Below are positions 19,401 through 31,170 of a stretch of 64,000 nucleotides of DNA, one piece after another (the stretch's first letter is position 1; the number at the start of each line of letters is the position of its first letter). This DNA comes from Myxococcales bacterium (GTDB lineage Bacteria > Myxococcota_A > Polyangia > Polyangiales > DASUME01). Location: NCBI GenBank assembly GCA_047601445.1, contig JASGJH010000001.1:9312001-9376000 (forward strand), read 5' to 3'. The position numbers and the translations under genes are program-made. The notes under the pieces are model-generated. The model was not told the origin of the DNA and searched no databases. It saw only the letters and a program-made list of their open reading frames with translations.

Positions 19401-20057
19401 GTGACGTCTCACTCCTCATGGCGTCTGTTGCAGCGCGTAGTGAACCTCACCATCGCGCTCCTGGTGGCAGTCGGACTGGGCTCGCTGTGGTGGATGTGGC
19501 AGTGCTCGCCGCGGCACCAGTCCGGGCTGGTGTTCGTGCAGGTCGGGCCCTCCGTGGCGCAGGGGGGTACGGCGGCGCAGCTCTTGAACCTGCCGTTCTC
19601 GAGTTTCTCCTGCGGCGTCGACGAACCTGGCGCGGCCACCGTCTGCACGCGCGAGTTCGAGGGCAAGCCCCTGCAGGTGAGCTTTCACGGAGAAGGGGTG
19701 AGCTGCTTCGCTATCTACGACGGGTTCCAGCATGCATGCCGGCCCTGGATCGCCTCGCGCGGCTGTGCTGAGCGCACCGTCCGCATCGACGATGACCTCG
19801 GGCTCTCGCCGCAGCGCCTCGCCGAGCTGCGCGCGGGCGATCCACTCAGCCACATGGGCGAAGGCGATTGGGGACTGCCGACCTGGGTAGCTGGTCTGGC
19901 TCTAGGCGCGCTCGGGGCGTGGTTGGCATGGCGAGCCATGCGCCGTTCGCGCTGGCCTTGGCGCGCGGGTCTCACCCTGGTCGCGTTCGCGTTGGGCCTC
20001 GCCAGCGGCATCATCGGCTTCATCTTTTGGCTGTTCTTGCTGTGCTACGCGGACTGA
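19401..20057 (+). CDS. Hypothetical membrane protein with Cys-containing extracytoplasmic domain
   Basis: N-terminal TM, Cys-rich loop, two C-terminal TMs. Confidence 0.6.
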   Translation: MTSHSSWRLLQRVVNLTIALLVAVGLGSLWWMWQCSPRHQSGLVFVQVGPSVAQGGTAAQLLNLPFSSFSCGVDEPGAATVCTREFEGKPLQVSFHGEGVSCFAIYDGFQHACRPWIASRGCAERTVRIDDDLGLSPQRLAELRAGDPLSHMGEGDWGLPTWVAGLALGALGAWLAWRAMRRSRWPWRAGLTLVAFALGLASGIIGFIFWLFLLCYAD

Positions 20058-20118
20058 GCTCGTAGCCAAGCTGGGGGCGCTCGTGCCGCCGCTCGGGCTG
20101 GGCTATAAGCCCGCCGCC

Positions 20119-21030
20119 ATGTCGTCCCAGGCCTCCTTTCGCCCGCGCGATGCCGCTCTTCTGCTCTTGCTGGCGCTGGTCTGGGGCAACTCCTTCTTCT
20201 TCATCAAGACCGCGGTCGCGGTGGTGCCGCCGCCCTGGATCGTCACCATCCGCATGGTCCTCGGCGCGATGTTGTTGTTCGTCATCGCGCGCGTGACCGG
20301 GCAGAAGGCGCCCGGGAACCTTCGCAGCGTCGGACAAATGGCGCTGATCGGCATCTTTGGCTCTGCGCTTCCATGGCTGTGTCAGGCCTGGTCTCAGCGT
20401 TACCTGGACTCCGGCCTGGTCTCCGTGCTCAACGCGGTCACGCCCGTGGTGACGCTGCTCCTGGCAGTCGCATTGCGTCAGGAGCGGCTCTACACCAACC
20501 GCGTGCTCGGGCTGGGCCTCGCGGTGCTGGGGGCCTTGATCGTGGTTGGACTCGAGATACGGGCGGGCCGCTCTCCGCTCGCCTTGTTCGGCGCGGTGCT
20601 CGCGACCCTCGGCTATGCCATCGCGGCGGTGCTCACGCGCTCCTATGTGTCGGGTCGCATGTCCAACGTGTGGGCGGCGGCCACGCAGCTCGCTTGCGGT
20701 GCCGTCCTGCTCGGGCCCATCGCGTGGGCTACCCAGGGCGCGCCTCCCAGCGCGCTGCCGCTCGGGGTAGCGGGTGCGCTGTTGGCCCTGGGACTCCTGG
20801 GGACGGGGCTCGCCTTCTTGATCTATTTCGTGCTGCTCGAGCGGGTGGGCGCCACCAACACCTCCATGGTGACGTACCTGGTCCCCGTGGTGGGCCTCAC
20901 CTCGGGGGCGCTGTTTCGGGGCGAGCGTTTCGGTCCCAACGTCTACGCAGGGGCCTGCGCGATGATCGCCGGAGTATGGCTGGCTCAGCGCGCCCCGCGC
21001 GCGGCGGCAGTGCCGCGCGCATCCCATTGA
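20119..21030 (+). CDS. DMT/EamA family transporter
   Basis: LALVWGNSFFFIK, about 10 TM, GTGLAFLIYF...VTYLVPVVG. Confidence 0.92.
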   Translation: MSSQASFRPRDAALLLLLALVWGNSFFFIKTAVAVVPPPWIVTIRMVLGAMLLFVIARVTGQKAPGNLRSVGQMALIGIFGSALPWLCQAWSQRYLDSGLVSVLNAVTPVVTLLLAVALRQERLYTNRVLGLGLAVLGALIVVGLEIRAGRSPLALFGAVLATLGYAIAAVLTRSYVSGRMSNVWAAATQLACGAVLLGPIAWATQGAPPSALPLGVAGALLALGLLGTGLAFLIYFVLLERVGATNTSMVTYLVPVVGLTSGALFRGERFGPNVYAGACAMIAGVWLAQRAPRAAAVPRASH

Positions 21031-21064
21031 GCAGGGCGCCGGGCCAGCAAGGTTGGCGCGTGAC

Positions 21065-21676
21065 TCAATGTACGTAGCGGGGGTGCAGCGGCCTCCCGTG
21101 TTCGCGCCGCTCGCGCAGGGCCTGCCAGAAGCGCGCATCGACCCCGTAGCGCCGCGAGCCCTCTGCCAGGAACAACAACGACGTCATGAACAACGTGAGC
21201 GGGTACTCCATCCCGCCGTTCTGCGCGAAGAGTCCCTTGCCTGCGTGCACCATCAAGATCGCGACGGCCATGTTGATCGCGATCGCACACGAGACGAAGC
21301 GCGTGAACAACCCGAGGATCAACGCGATGCCGCCGCCGAGCTCCGCCGCCATCGAGAGCAGGGCCATGGTGGCGGGTGAAGGCACGCCCAGTTCGCGCAC
21401 TTTGTCGGCCCAGGCCGTCATATCCTGCAGCTTGAGCAAGCCGTGACCCAAGAAGACTGTCCCCACCGTCACGCGCAGGGCCGTATACATGAGGTCCCCG
21501 AAAAAGGTCCGCGCCCGCACGCGGCCATCCTCCTCCACCACAACGGTCCGTTGGATGGGCTCGCGCTCGATGAGGGGCTCCTGCGTAAGAACGCGCGGCT
21601 GTTCCTCCACGATACGCGCGTCATCCGTGTCTTCGGCGCGTGTCTCGAAACGTCCTTGGTCGAATTGTTCCGCCAT
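21065..21676 (-). CDS. DoxX family membrane protein
   Basis: LRVTVG..FLGHG..KL, AELGGG..LILGLFTR, GGMEYPL. Confidence 0.9.
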   Translation of the reverse strand: MAEQFDQGRFETRAEDTDDARIVEEQPRVLTQEPLIEREPIQRTVVVEEDGRVRARTFFGDLMYTALRVTVGTVFLGHGLLKLQDMTAWADKVRELGVPSPATMALLSMAAELGGGIALILGLFTRFVSCAIAINMAVAILMVHAGKGLFAQNGGMEYPLTLFMTSLLFLAEGSRRYGVDARFWQALRERREHGRPLHPRYVH

Positions 21677-21796
21677 GTTTGAACCCTCCGGCGTGACGGT
21701 GCGCCGAGTGTTGGGCGATCACCTCTTCGCCTTCTGATCCTTCCTTGTAAACACCCCGCGAGTCGCCGACAGTCGGAATAGCCGGTTCCATGGGAA

Positions 21797-23044
21797 CTAG
21801 AGCTCGCGCGCGGCCGTCTGCGTGCGCAGAACCCGAAAGGCGGGCTTCGTTTTGCCGTCCGCGGTGCGCAGGCCCAGGGTCCGCAGGTACTCCTTGAAAG
21901 CAGCGGTTCCCACGCCGTACGGGCCAGCGAGCTCCATGGCCTTCTGCTCGCTCACGTCGTTCAAACGCAGCACCGCGAGCCGCGGGATGCGCGCCGCGTG
22001 CGCGTCCCAGGCGCGCATAACCTCACAAAAGAAGCGCGCTTGTTGCGCGTCACTCGAGTCGTTTACGGTGGAGGACGCATAGCCGATCTCCTGCACGTGG
22101 ATGGGCTTGGACGCGGGGACGGACGCGGTGAGCGCCGCCAGATCGACAGCGGCCTGCGTGGGATCGCGCATGGTGAAGTCCGCTTCGAGCGGGTAGTAGG
22201 TGACGCCCACCACATCGACTTGATCGGCCCACGTGAGCATCACCTGTTGGGCTGGCCAACCGTCCGCCGTCTTGCGCGCTGCATCAGTCAGCGCGGGGAG
22301 GGTGGCGGTGAAGCCGACGGGGAGGTTGGGGTACTTGGCGTGCAAGTAGCTATGCACGCTGGCCAAGAACTGCCCATAGGCGGGCCAGAAATTGGCCTCG
22401 GTGCCGGGATTGAAGCCGTCGACCTCGTTGCCGATCATCAGGTTGACCAGGTGCTCGGGGGCGATCCGGGTCAACACGTAGTCCACGACCTTTTGGAAGC
22501 GGGCTGCGACCTTGGGATCATCGAAGGCGAGCTGTGCCAGGTCGCTCGGGACCGTCTTGCCCGTGGCGTCGACAGGCCGCAGGGTCAATGAAACCAGGCT
22601 ACCGGTCTGCGCTGCGAGCGCGTCGAAGGTCGCTAGCACCGACGGAGTGCCAGGATCGACGAGTGTGCCCGATGTCGTGCCCGCGCCCGCCGTGGTCTCG
22701 AGGGCGGTCCACGGCAGATGGAGCGTGAGGTAGCGCCCGCGGAGTTCCGCGAGCTGCGCCAGGTTGTCCTCGAACGACTCGCCGGGGTTCACGTCCAGAA
22801 TATCGGCGCCGAACATGCGTCCCTGCGCGCTCGCTGGTGGGAGGTCACAGGCGCCGTCGCCCGCGCTGTCCGTGGACGACGGGGTACTTGCGTCTGCGGG
22901 GTCCTCCGAAGCATCCGACGCAGTGTCGGCGCTCGCGTCGCTCGCGGCGTCGCGTCCACCATCATCGCGCGGTGGTACCGAAGACGGCTCTGAGCTACAG
23001 GCCGCGACCAGACTGAACGAGAGAAGTTTCGAAGACCAGCGCAT
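21797..23044 (-). CDS. Lipoprotein glycoside hydrolase, clan GH-A (GH53/GH5-like)
   Basis: Lipobox VAAC; IGNEVD acid/base, GVTYYP, HVQEIGY nucleophile, GLRTADG..KPAF. Confidence 0.75.
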   Translation of the reverse strand: MRWSSKLLSFSLVAACSSEPSSVPPRDDGGRDAASDASADTASDASEDPADASTPSSTDSAGDGACDLPPASAQGRMFGADILDVNPGESFEDNLAQLAELRGRYLTLHLPWTALETTAGAGTTSGTLVDPGTPSVLATFDALAAQTGSLVSLTLRPVDATGKTVPSDLAQLAFDDPKVAARFQKVVDYVLTRIAPEHLVNLMIGNEVDGFNPGTEANFWPAYGQFLASVHSYLHAKYPNLPVGFTATLPALTDAARKTADGWPAQQVMLTWADQVDVVGVTYYPLEADFTMRDPTQAAVDLAALTASVPASKPIHVQEIGYASSTVNDSSDAQQARFFCEVMRAWDAHAARIPRLAVLRLNDVSEQKAMELAGPYGVGTAAFKEYLRTLGLRTADGKTKPAFRVLRTQTAAREL

Positions 23045-23323
23045 GGTGCGGGCCGAGTCTAGGGCTGGAGGTCCGAGGCTTCCACGCGTGCGTGATAGGT
23101 GGTGCCCTGAAGGGCCGCCTTTTCCAGGGGGCTCGGTGTGGTCGCTTACCCGCTCGCGGCAAAGAGCGTGAGCCTCTACGCCGTCGAACCTGAACCGACC
23201 GCCAGTCCCAGCTGGCAGCGCGGGCATCGAGCTCTACTCATGGACACCACGTCGCGCCCGGCGCTCACGGCGGAAAGCCTCGTTGCGCGCGGCCACAAAC
23301 CTCCTCAAGCTCGTTATGCTGCC

Positions 23324-23716
23324 ATGCCAGAGATCCAGCACGAGCTCAAGGTCAGCGCTCCGCGCGCCAAGGTGATCACGGCGCTCACCGATCGCGGCGC
23401 TCTCGAGCGCTGGCACGGTGCGATCGTGAGCGGCGGCCCCCAGGAGTGGCGGCTGGCGTATCCGCAGGGGCCCGTGTTCCGCTGGCGGGTCTTGGAGGCC
23501 AGCGCGGAGCGCGTGTGCTGGCGCTGCGTGGAGGGCCCAGGCGACTCGGTGGGGACCCAAGTTTCGTTCGTGCTCTCTACGGCGGATCAGGACCGCACGC
23601 TGATCGAATTCGAGCACGCGGGCTGGCTCGCCAACGCCGCCAAGTTTCGCAAATGCAACACGCTCTGGGCGCTCCTGCTGTTGCGGTTGCAGCGAGAGGC
23701 CGAGAGCGCCAGCTGA
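23324..23716 (+). CDS. SRPBCC/AHSA1 domain protein
   Basis: ALT...LERW, VCWRCVEGP...GTQVSF, FEHAGW, CNTLWALLL. Confidence 0.85.
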   Translation: MPEIQHELKVSAPRAKVITALTDRGALERWHGAIVSGGPQEWRLAYPQGPVFRWRVLEASAERVCWRCVEGPGDSVGTQVSFVLSTADQDRTLIEFEHAGWLANAAKFRKCNTLWALLLLRLQREAESAS

Positions 23717-23761
23717 ACCAGGTGTCCCCGGTTGAGGCCGGGCTCGACGAGGAGTTGTCGT

Positions 23762-25405
23762 ATGACCCTCTCGCGGCGTCGTCAGATGAGCATGAGCGAG
23801 TTCGTGGCCGGTATGGAAGCCGCAGGTCTGCTCGTACGGATCAAGGAAGAGCGGCGTGTGGACCAGCTTCCGCAAGTCATGGAGGCGCATCCGACCAAGG
23901 CAGTGCTAGTCGAGAAGGTGAAGGACTGCGAGTTCTCGTTCCTGGCCAACGCCTATGCCACCCACGAGCAGTTTGCCTGGGCGCTGGAATGCGAACGCAA
24001 CCAAATCGGTGACCGAATCGCCGAGCTCGCCCGAGGAAGGGTGGAGCCCGAGGTCGTAGCGTCGGCTCCGTGCAAGCAGGTCATCCTCAAAGGCGACGAC
24101 GTGGACCTCACTCGCTTGCCCTTGTTCTTGCACCATGATCGCGACGGGCACGCATACACCAACGACAACCTGGTGATCACGCGCGATCCCGACACACGCA
24201 TCATCGACTGGGGTGTCTACCGCTCGATGTTCCGCACCAAGAGCGAGAAAAATTTCGACATGACCTGCACCAGCCATCGCGGGCGCCTGAACGGTCTCAA
24301 ATACCAGGCGCGCGGACAAAACATGCCGGTCGCGATCGTCCTCGGTGGGCCGACGCTCGACAAGCTGGCGTGTTTGGCAGGCGTGCCTCCGGAGACCTCG
24401 GACTTCGACGTGTTGGGGAGCTTCTACGGGCACGCGGCCAAGCTCGTGAAGTGCGAAACCAATGACCTGCTGGTGCCGGCCAACGCAGAGATCGTGCTGG
24501 AGGGTGAAGTGATTACCAGCGAAGGCTGGGTACACGACGAGGGACCCTACGGTGAATTCACGGGTATGTACGGTGGCGGGCTCAAGCACAATCCACGGGT
24601 CGTCATCCATTGCATGACCTATCGCAAGCACGCCATCTACCAGAACGCCACCATCGGCGGAGCCCACCCTGGCTACACCGACAACATGATCCAGCTGCCG
24701 GCCATCGAGAGCGATCTGTTCGCTGCGCTGCAGCTCGGGGGCATCAAGGTGCTCGACGTGCGTTGCCCGGCAGCGGGCCTCTCCAACATCGCGTACGCGC
24801 GCATCGAGCCGCAGGGCGGTGGCGATGCGAAGCAGGCCCTCTCGATCATGCTGACATGCTCCAAGCAAGGCTTGCCAAAGATCGCGATGGTGTTCGACGA
24901 CGACGTGGACATCTGGAACGACGACCGGATCCAGCAGTGCATGGCATTCCGTTACATGCCCGACCGGGACACGCTGATCATTCCGCAGTGCAACTCCATG
25001 TCGACCGATCCCAAGATCGAGGACGTTGACGCTCCGTTCTATGCGTCGAAGATCGGCATGGATTGCACGATTCCGCTGGTTGGAAAGTTCAATCGCAGTG
25101 CCTTCGACTGGTCGTCGGCCTGTGACCTGGGAGAGCCTCCTGCCAAGGTCCGCCCGATGAGCGAGGACGAGATTCTCGCCGACATGGGCGCCTTCATCCG
25201 TGCAGCGCCGCGCTCGTGGAAAGAAATCGTGCAGCGCTATCACGGGCAGCACTACCCGGCGATCTATCGTGCCTTCGGTCGCCTTCGCCACGAGCTTGGA
25301 CGTGCAGACGACGCGCCATGGTATCGCTACACCTTCTCGGACCGAGACTTCGCCTACGAAGCGCGTGTGTCGAGCCACGCCAATTTCGATCCCCGCCATC
25401 GTTAG
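23762..25405 (+). CDS. UbiD family prFMN-dependent (de)carboxylase
   Basis: VDLTRLP, GVYR, VPANAEIVLEG, EGPYGEFTG, DDDVDIWN, SKIGMDCT; GAGGAG RBS before ATG 23762. Confidence 0.92.
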   Translation: MTLSRRRQMSMSEFVAGMEAAGLLVRIKEERRVDQLPQVMEAHPTKAVLVEKVKDCEFSFLANAYATHEQFAWALECERNQIGDRIAELARGRVEPEVVASAPCKQVILKGDDVDLTRLPLFLHHDRDGHAYTNDNLVITRDPDTRIIDWGVYRSMFRTKSEKNFDMTCTSHRGRLNGLKYQARGQNMPVAIVLGGPTLDKLACLAGVPPETSDFDVLGSFYGHAAKLVKCETNDLLVPANAEIVLEGEVITSEGWVHDEGPYGEFTGMYGGGLKHNPRVVIHCMTYRKHAIYQNATIGGAHPGYTDNMIQLPAIESDLFAALQLGGIKVLDVRCPAAGLSNIAYARIEPQGGGDAKQALSIMLTCSKQGLPKIAMVFDDDVDIWNDDRIQQCMAFRYMPDRDTLIIPQCNSMSTDPKIEDVDAPFYASKIGMDCTIPLVGKFNRSAFDWSSACDLGEPPAKVRPMSEDEILADMGAFIRAAPRSWKEIVQRYHGQHYPAIYRAFGRLRHELGRADDAPWYRYTFSDRDFAYEARVSSHANFDPRHR

Positions 25406-25899
25406 CGAAGTCACACGGGCGCGCCTCGCAGGCGCTGTCGCGCGCGCCACGCTCGGGACGGGCGGCTCTGCTGTGAAACGTCATGTTCTGCGTGCGAACC
25501 GCTGCAGCTCTCGCGATGCCCTCGATCGGTCGAAGGACGTGGCGGCCCCCGAGCTCGGTTGCGTCATGTGCTCTTCGGCGAAAAGCGAGGGGCCTCTCAA
25601 TGTTTGCCTTGCTCGCGCGCTCGCATGACATCGTCGGGGGCACGAACCCGCGAATTGCTCGCTGATGCAGCGCGTAGGACAACGGCGTACGTTCGCGCGA
25701 AACACGGAATTTTGCTCCACCCGAGCGGTCTCCGTGAGCAGGCGTCCATGCGGCGTGTCGTGACAAAAAACGACCCGGCCGCGATTCGTCCATGCCATCA
25801 TCGCCGTCCAAGCCCGGGGGGGCGTGGTGCCGGTTCCGTCAGTCGGAGTCGTGCGCACGGTCGCGCTGCAGCGCGCCTCACCACCATCGTTGCGAGCGC

Positions 25900-27864
<1,965 letters not shown>

Positions 27865-27881
27865 CGGCGCCGCGGGCTGCT

Positions 27882-27914
27882 CGCGGAATCCCGCGCGGGC
27901 AGACGGAGTTCCGT
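27882..27914. promoter_or_regulatory. Tandem palindromic upstream activator sites (candidate)
   Basis: CGCGG-AATC-CCGCG (27882-95) and ACGGA-GT-TCCGT (27903-14), centres 20 bp apart, about -107/-87 from the predicted +1. Confidence 0.55.
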
Positions 27915-27967
27915 GCCCCAAGGTGCCGACGGATCGGCATTTTTGCGGGAGTTTCGCGGCATCGTGC

Positions 27968-27984
27968 TTGGCACGCCTCCTGCT
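27968..27984 (+). promoter_or_regulatory. sigma54 promoter of the rsb operon
   Basis: TTGGCACGCCTCCTGCT: GG 27970-71, N10, GC 27982-83. Confidence 0.8.
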
Positions 27985-28036
27985 CAGCTCTCCTGGGGCG
28001 CTGACACGACCATGTCGGCGGCAGGGGGAACAAGGG

Positions 28037-28468
28037 ATGGATCAACACGCGATCCCAGTGATCGAACTTTGGGGACGTCTGATCGTCGCGTTGCAAGGTG
28101 ACGTGGGCGACACGCAGATGGAGCGACTGCGAGAGGAGGTCCTACAGCGCGTGCGCGAGCGCGGCGCCCAGGGCTTGGTGATCGACGCATCCGGCATGTG
28201 GATGGTGGACAGCCACCTGTGCGCGATGCTGGGGCGCATCGTCTCCTCGGCGCGCCTGATGGGCGTGCGCGCGGTGCTGTCCGGCCTATCACCGCAGGTC
28301 GTTCTCACGCTGGGGGAGATGGGCATCGACCTAGAGGGCATCAGCACCGCCCTCACCCTCGAAGAAGCTTTGGAATCGCTTGGGGTTGCCGCTCTGCGCG
28401 ATGACCAGACGCACAGCACGCAGACGCTCGCCGAGCAATGGATCGAACTAACTGGAGCCGACCGATGA
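28037..28468 (+). CDS. rsbS: Stressosome STAS protein RsbS
   Basis: IPVIELWGRLIVALQGD...GLVIDASG..MVDS (phospho-Ser), SGLSPQVVLTLGEMG. Confidence 0.88.
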   Translation: MDQHAIPVIELWGRLIVALQGDVGDTQMERLREEVLQRVRERGAQGLVIDASGMWMVDSHLCAMLGRIVSSARLMGVRAVLSGLSPQVVLTLGEMGIDLEGISTALTLEEALESLGVAALRDDQTHSTQTLAEQWIELTGADR

Positions 28469-29352
28469 GTGATGGGATTTTGACTGCCAACGATACCCTC
28501 GACCCCAAGAGCATGACCGCGATGCTGGGCGTCCTGTTCGACGACAACCCCGACGGGATCGTGATCGCGGACACCTCCGGTCGCATCACCTGCAATCCGG
28601 TGGCCATTGCGGCTATTGGCGCCCCCGACCCGGACGTCTCGCCCGAAGAATGGAGCGAGCGCTACGGCCTGTTTCACGAGGACCAGCAGACGCGCTTCCC
28701 TCCGAACGCCGATCCACTCGCGCTCGCCATGCAGGGGCAGGTCGTGTCGGACGTGATCATGTTCAGCCGCAACCCGAACAAGCCGGAGGGCATCTTCGTC
28801 AGTGTGAGCGCGCGCCCGCTGGCCAACGGTGGTGCCATCGCGGTGTTTCGCGACGTCACCGAGAGGCGCCGCATGGCGGACGACCTGGCTCAGCGCAACG
28901 CGGAGCTGGCACTGCGCGAGCAGGAGAATCGGGAGCTCATCGCGCGTCTGCGTGTGGCGGTGGACGAACTCTCGACCCCGGTGCTGGAGATCTGGAACGA
29001 CGTGCTCGCGCTGCCGGTAGTCGGCATCGTGGACACCCAGCGCAGCGCACGCATGACCGAGCGCCTGTTGGCGGAGGTCGTGCGTACTCGCTGTCGCTCG
29101 GTCATCGTGGACCTCACGGGCGTCGAGCTGATCGACACCAGCACCGCGGACCGCTTCATCAAGCTGGCTCGTTCGGTCCAGCTCTTGGGTTCACGCTGTC
29201 TGGTCACCGGCATTCAGCCGGCCGTGGCGCAGACCCTGGTCGAGCTGGGCGTGGAATTCAGCGCCCTCGAGACCCACCGGAACCTCAAGAGCGCGCTCGA
29301 GGCCAGCATCCGCCGCGACGTGGCGGAGCGTCGTGCGCACCAGGAGAGGTAA
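28465..29352 (+). CDS. rsbR: Stressosome sensor RsbR (PAS-coiled coil-STAS)
   Basis: ELSTPVLEIW..VLALPVVGIVDTQRS and DLTGV..IDT (both Thr sites), TGIQPAVAQTLVELG; ATGA overlap with rsbS. Confidence 0.9.
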   Translation: MSDGILTANDTLDPKSMTAMLGVLFDDNPDGIVIADTSGRITCNPVAIAAIGAPDPDVSPEEWSERYGLFHEDQQTRFPPNADPLALAMQGQVVSDVIMFSRNPNKPEGIFVSVSARPLANGGAIAVFRDVTERRRMADDLAQRNAELALREQENRELIARLRVAVDELSTPVLEIWNDVLALPVVGIVDTQRSARMTERLLAEVVRTRCRSVIVDLTGVELIDTSTADRFIKLARSVQLLGSRCLVTGIQPAVAQTLVELGVEFSALETHRNLKSALEASIRRDVAERRAHQER

Positions 29353-29355
29353 GCC

Positions 29356-29799
29356 GTGTTGGGCCAAGAGGACACCGCGCCATTGATGCTGCTGCTCGGG
29401 AAGAGCGCCTCCGACCGCTTCGGATGCGCCTCGTCGGTCAAGCTCTTCGCGCGACGGGTGGGACTCTCGCCGAAGCGAGCGGAGGAGCTCGCGATCGTCG
29501 CCTCCGAGCTGGCCTCGAACGTGATCCGTCACGCCGACTCGGGTGCGCTGGAGCTGCGCCTGGAGTCGCAGCCACGTCCGCATGTCTTGCTGGTCTGTCG
29601 CGATCGGGGCCCCGGCATCGTCAACCCCGATGAAGCGCGTCGGGACGGCTTCTCGCGTGGGCAGATGCTGGCGCCCGACGCGCGCCGTGAGGGGCTCGGT
29701 AAGGGGCTGGGCGCGGTGGAGCGTCTGGTCGACGAGCTCAGGATCGAGTCGGTGGTGGGCTGTGGAACCACGGTCATCGTACGGAAGTGGATGCCATGA
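29356..29799 (+). CDS. rsbT: RsbT-like Ser/Thr switch kinase, copy 1
   Basis: IVASELASNVIRHA, DRGPGI, GLGKGL..VERLVDE..IES..G.GTTV..RKW. Confidence 0.85.
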   Translation: MLGQEDTAPLMLLLGKSASDRFGCASSVKLFARRVGLSPKRAEELAIVASELASNVIRHADSGALELRLESQPRPHVLLVCRDRGPGIVNPDEARRDGFSRGQMLAPDARREGLGKGLGAVERLVDELRIESVVGCGTTVIVRKWMP

Positions 29800-30464
29800 A
29801 CCTCGCAGACAGCTTGCGCCAGGCGCTGCGTGGGAACCTGAGCGCCATCTCCATCGAGTCGTTGATTCAGCGCCATGTCAGCGCCCCTGCGGCCACCGTG
29901 GCGGACCTACCCAAGAGCACGCGGGAAGAGTTGGCGGAGCGCGTCGCGAGCAGCGTGCGCCTGTTCAGCGCCAGTGAACCAGGGCTGCTGCGTACGCGCA
30001 TCCGGGTGGCACTGGGCCTCGACGAGGGGTTCCAGGACAGCGGGGCCGCGGGCGGGCTGCGGTCCCAGGTCGTTTCGGTCCGAGGTGAGCTCGACGTGAG
30101 CGTGGCGCGCAACGAAGCCCGCAGCCTGACGCTGGCACAGGGAGGCAGCGGGATGTTGGCGGTCAAGGTCGCGACCGCCGTCTCGGAGCTCGCGCGCAAC
30201 ATCGTGCTCTATGCGGGCACGGGTTCGGTGGCGATCGAGGTGCAGACGGAAGCTGCGGGCTTGGTGGTCCGGATTGTCGCGCGCGACGACGGACCTGGCA
30301 TCGCGCCCAGCCAGCTCGAGGCCATGTTTGCCGGGTCCTACCGCTCACGCAGTGGGCTTGGCAAAGGGCTGTTGGGCGTGAAGCGCGTGGCCAGTGACTT
30401 CAAAATCAACACCGCGCTCGGAAAGGGCACCATCGTGCACGCGGTGTTTCGAGGTAACTCGTGA
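29796..30464 (+). CDS. rsbT: RsbT-like kinase with ~85-aa N-terminal extra domain, copy 2
   Basis: ATAVSELARNIVLYA, DDGPGI, YRSRSGLGKGLLGVKR; ATGA overlap. Confidence 0.85.
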   Translation: MNLADSLRQALRGNLSAISIESLIQRHVSAPAATVADLPKSTREELAERVASSVRLFSASEPGLLRTRIRVALGLDEGFQDSGAAGGLRSQVVSVRGELDVSVARNEARSLTLAQGGSGMLAVKVATAVSELARNIVLYAGTGSVAIEVQTEAAGLVVRIVARDDGPGIAPSQLEAMFAGSYRSRSGLGKGLLGVKRVASDFKINTALGKGTIVHAVFRGNS

Positions 30465-31072
30465 TCAGCGCGATCGGTAGAGCTCGAGCTTATCCGGGTG
30501 AGCCGCGCTCGGGCGACGCGGTGTTGATCGAGGAGGTCCAAGGCAGGGTGTTGCTCGCGCTGGTCGACGCGCTCGGTCATGGACCCGTGGCAGCGTCGGC
30601 TGCCGATCTGGCAGTGGCGACCATTCGAGAGCACCGCAACGAGCGCCCAGCGCGCATCCTGCAGGCCTGTCACGAGCGTTTGCTGCGCGGGCGCGGTGCT
30701 GCGATCTCCGTGATCACGTTCGATGCGAGCGGCCACGGCGTCTTCGCGGGTGTGGGCAACGTGAGCGCCCGCGTCTATCCGGAGTCGCGCCACAATCCAG
30801 TGCTATTGCCGGGGTCGGGCGTCATCGGATATCGGCATCGTACCCTGCGTGAGGTGGAGTTCCGCCTCGCTGGCGACAGCGTCGGCCTGCTCTACAGTGA
30901 CGGCATCAGCTCCCGCGTCGACCCCATCGATCGCTCCCGGCTCACCCTCGCAGAAGCCTCCAAGCAGCTGCTCGCCGACTTCGGCAAACCAACCGACGAT
31001 GCCAGCCTGATCCTGTTCGCCCATCGAGGGAGTCCTCGCTTCGCACCCGAGCACGAGGCCGCCGTGCGCTGA
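30461..31072 (+). CDS. rsbX: RsbX-like PP2C/SpoIIE phosphatase
   Basis: GEPRSGD, LVDALGHGP, RGAA, AGVGNV, YSDGI, DDASL; GTGA overlap. Confidence 0.85.
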   Translation: MISAIGRARAYPGEPRSGDAVLIEEVQGRVLLALVDALGHGPVAASAADLAVATIREHRNERPARILQACHERLLRGRGAAISVITFDASGHGVFAGVGNVSARVYPESRHNPVLLPGSGVIGYRHRTLREVEFRLAGDSVGLLYSDGISSRVDPIDRSRLTLAEASKQLLADFGKPTDDASLILFAHRGSPRFAPEHEAAVR

Positions 31073-31170
31073 CCAAGTCAACGCACAGTTCCCGTGCCAG
31101 CCCTTGCGAAGCAAGGCGCGCCTGTGCCCGTGCCCGCCGAGGCCCGGCGTGCAGCGCCGGCCCGCTCCCC

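Noticed and set aside
25406..25899. ~500-bp gap as a possible ncRNA, riboswitch or small gene
   Set aside because: Only short palindromes (GCGCCT-CGC-AGGCGC, TGTC-GT-GACA); no recognisable RNA motif or convincing ORF.
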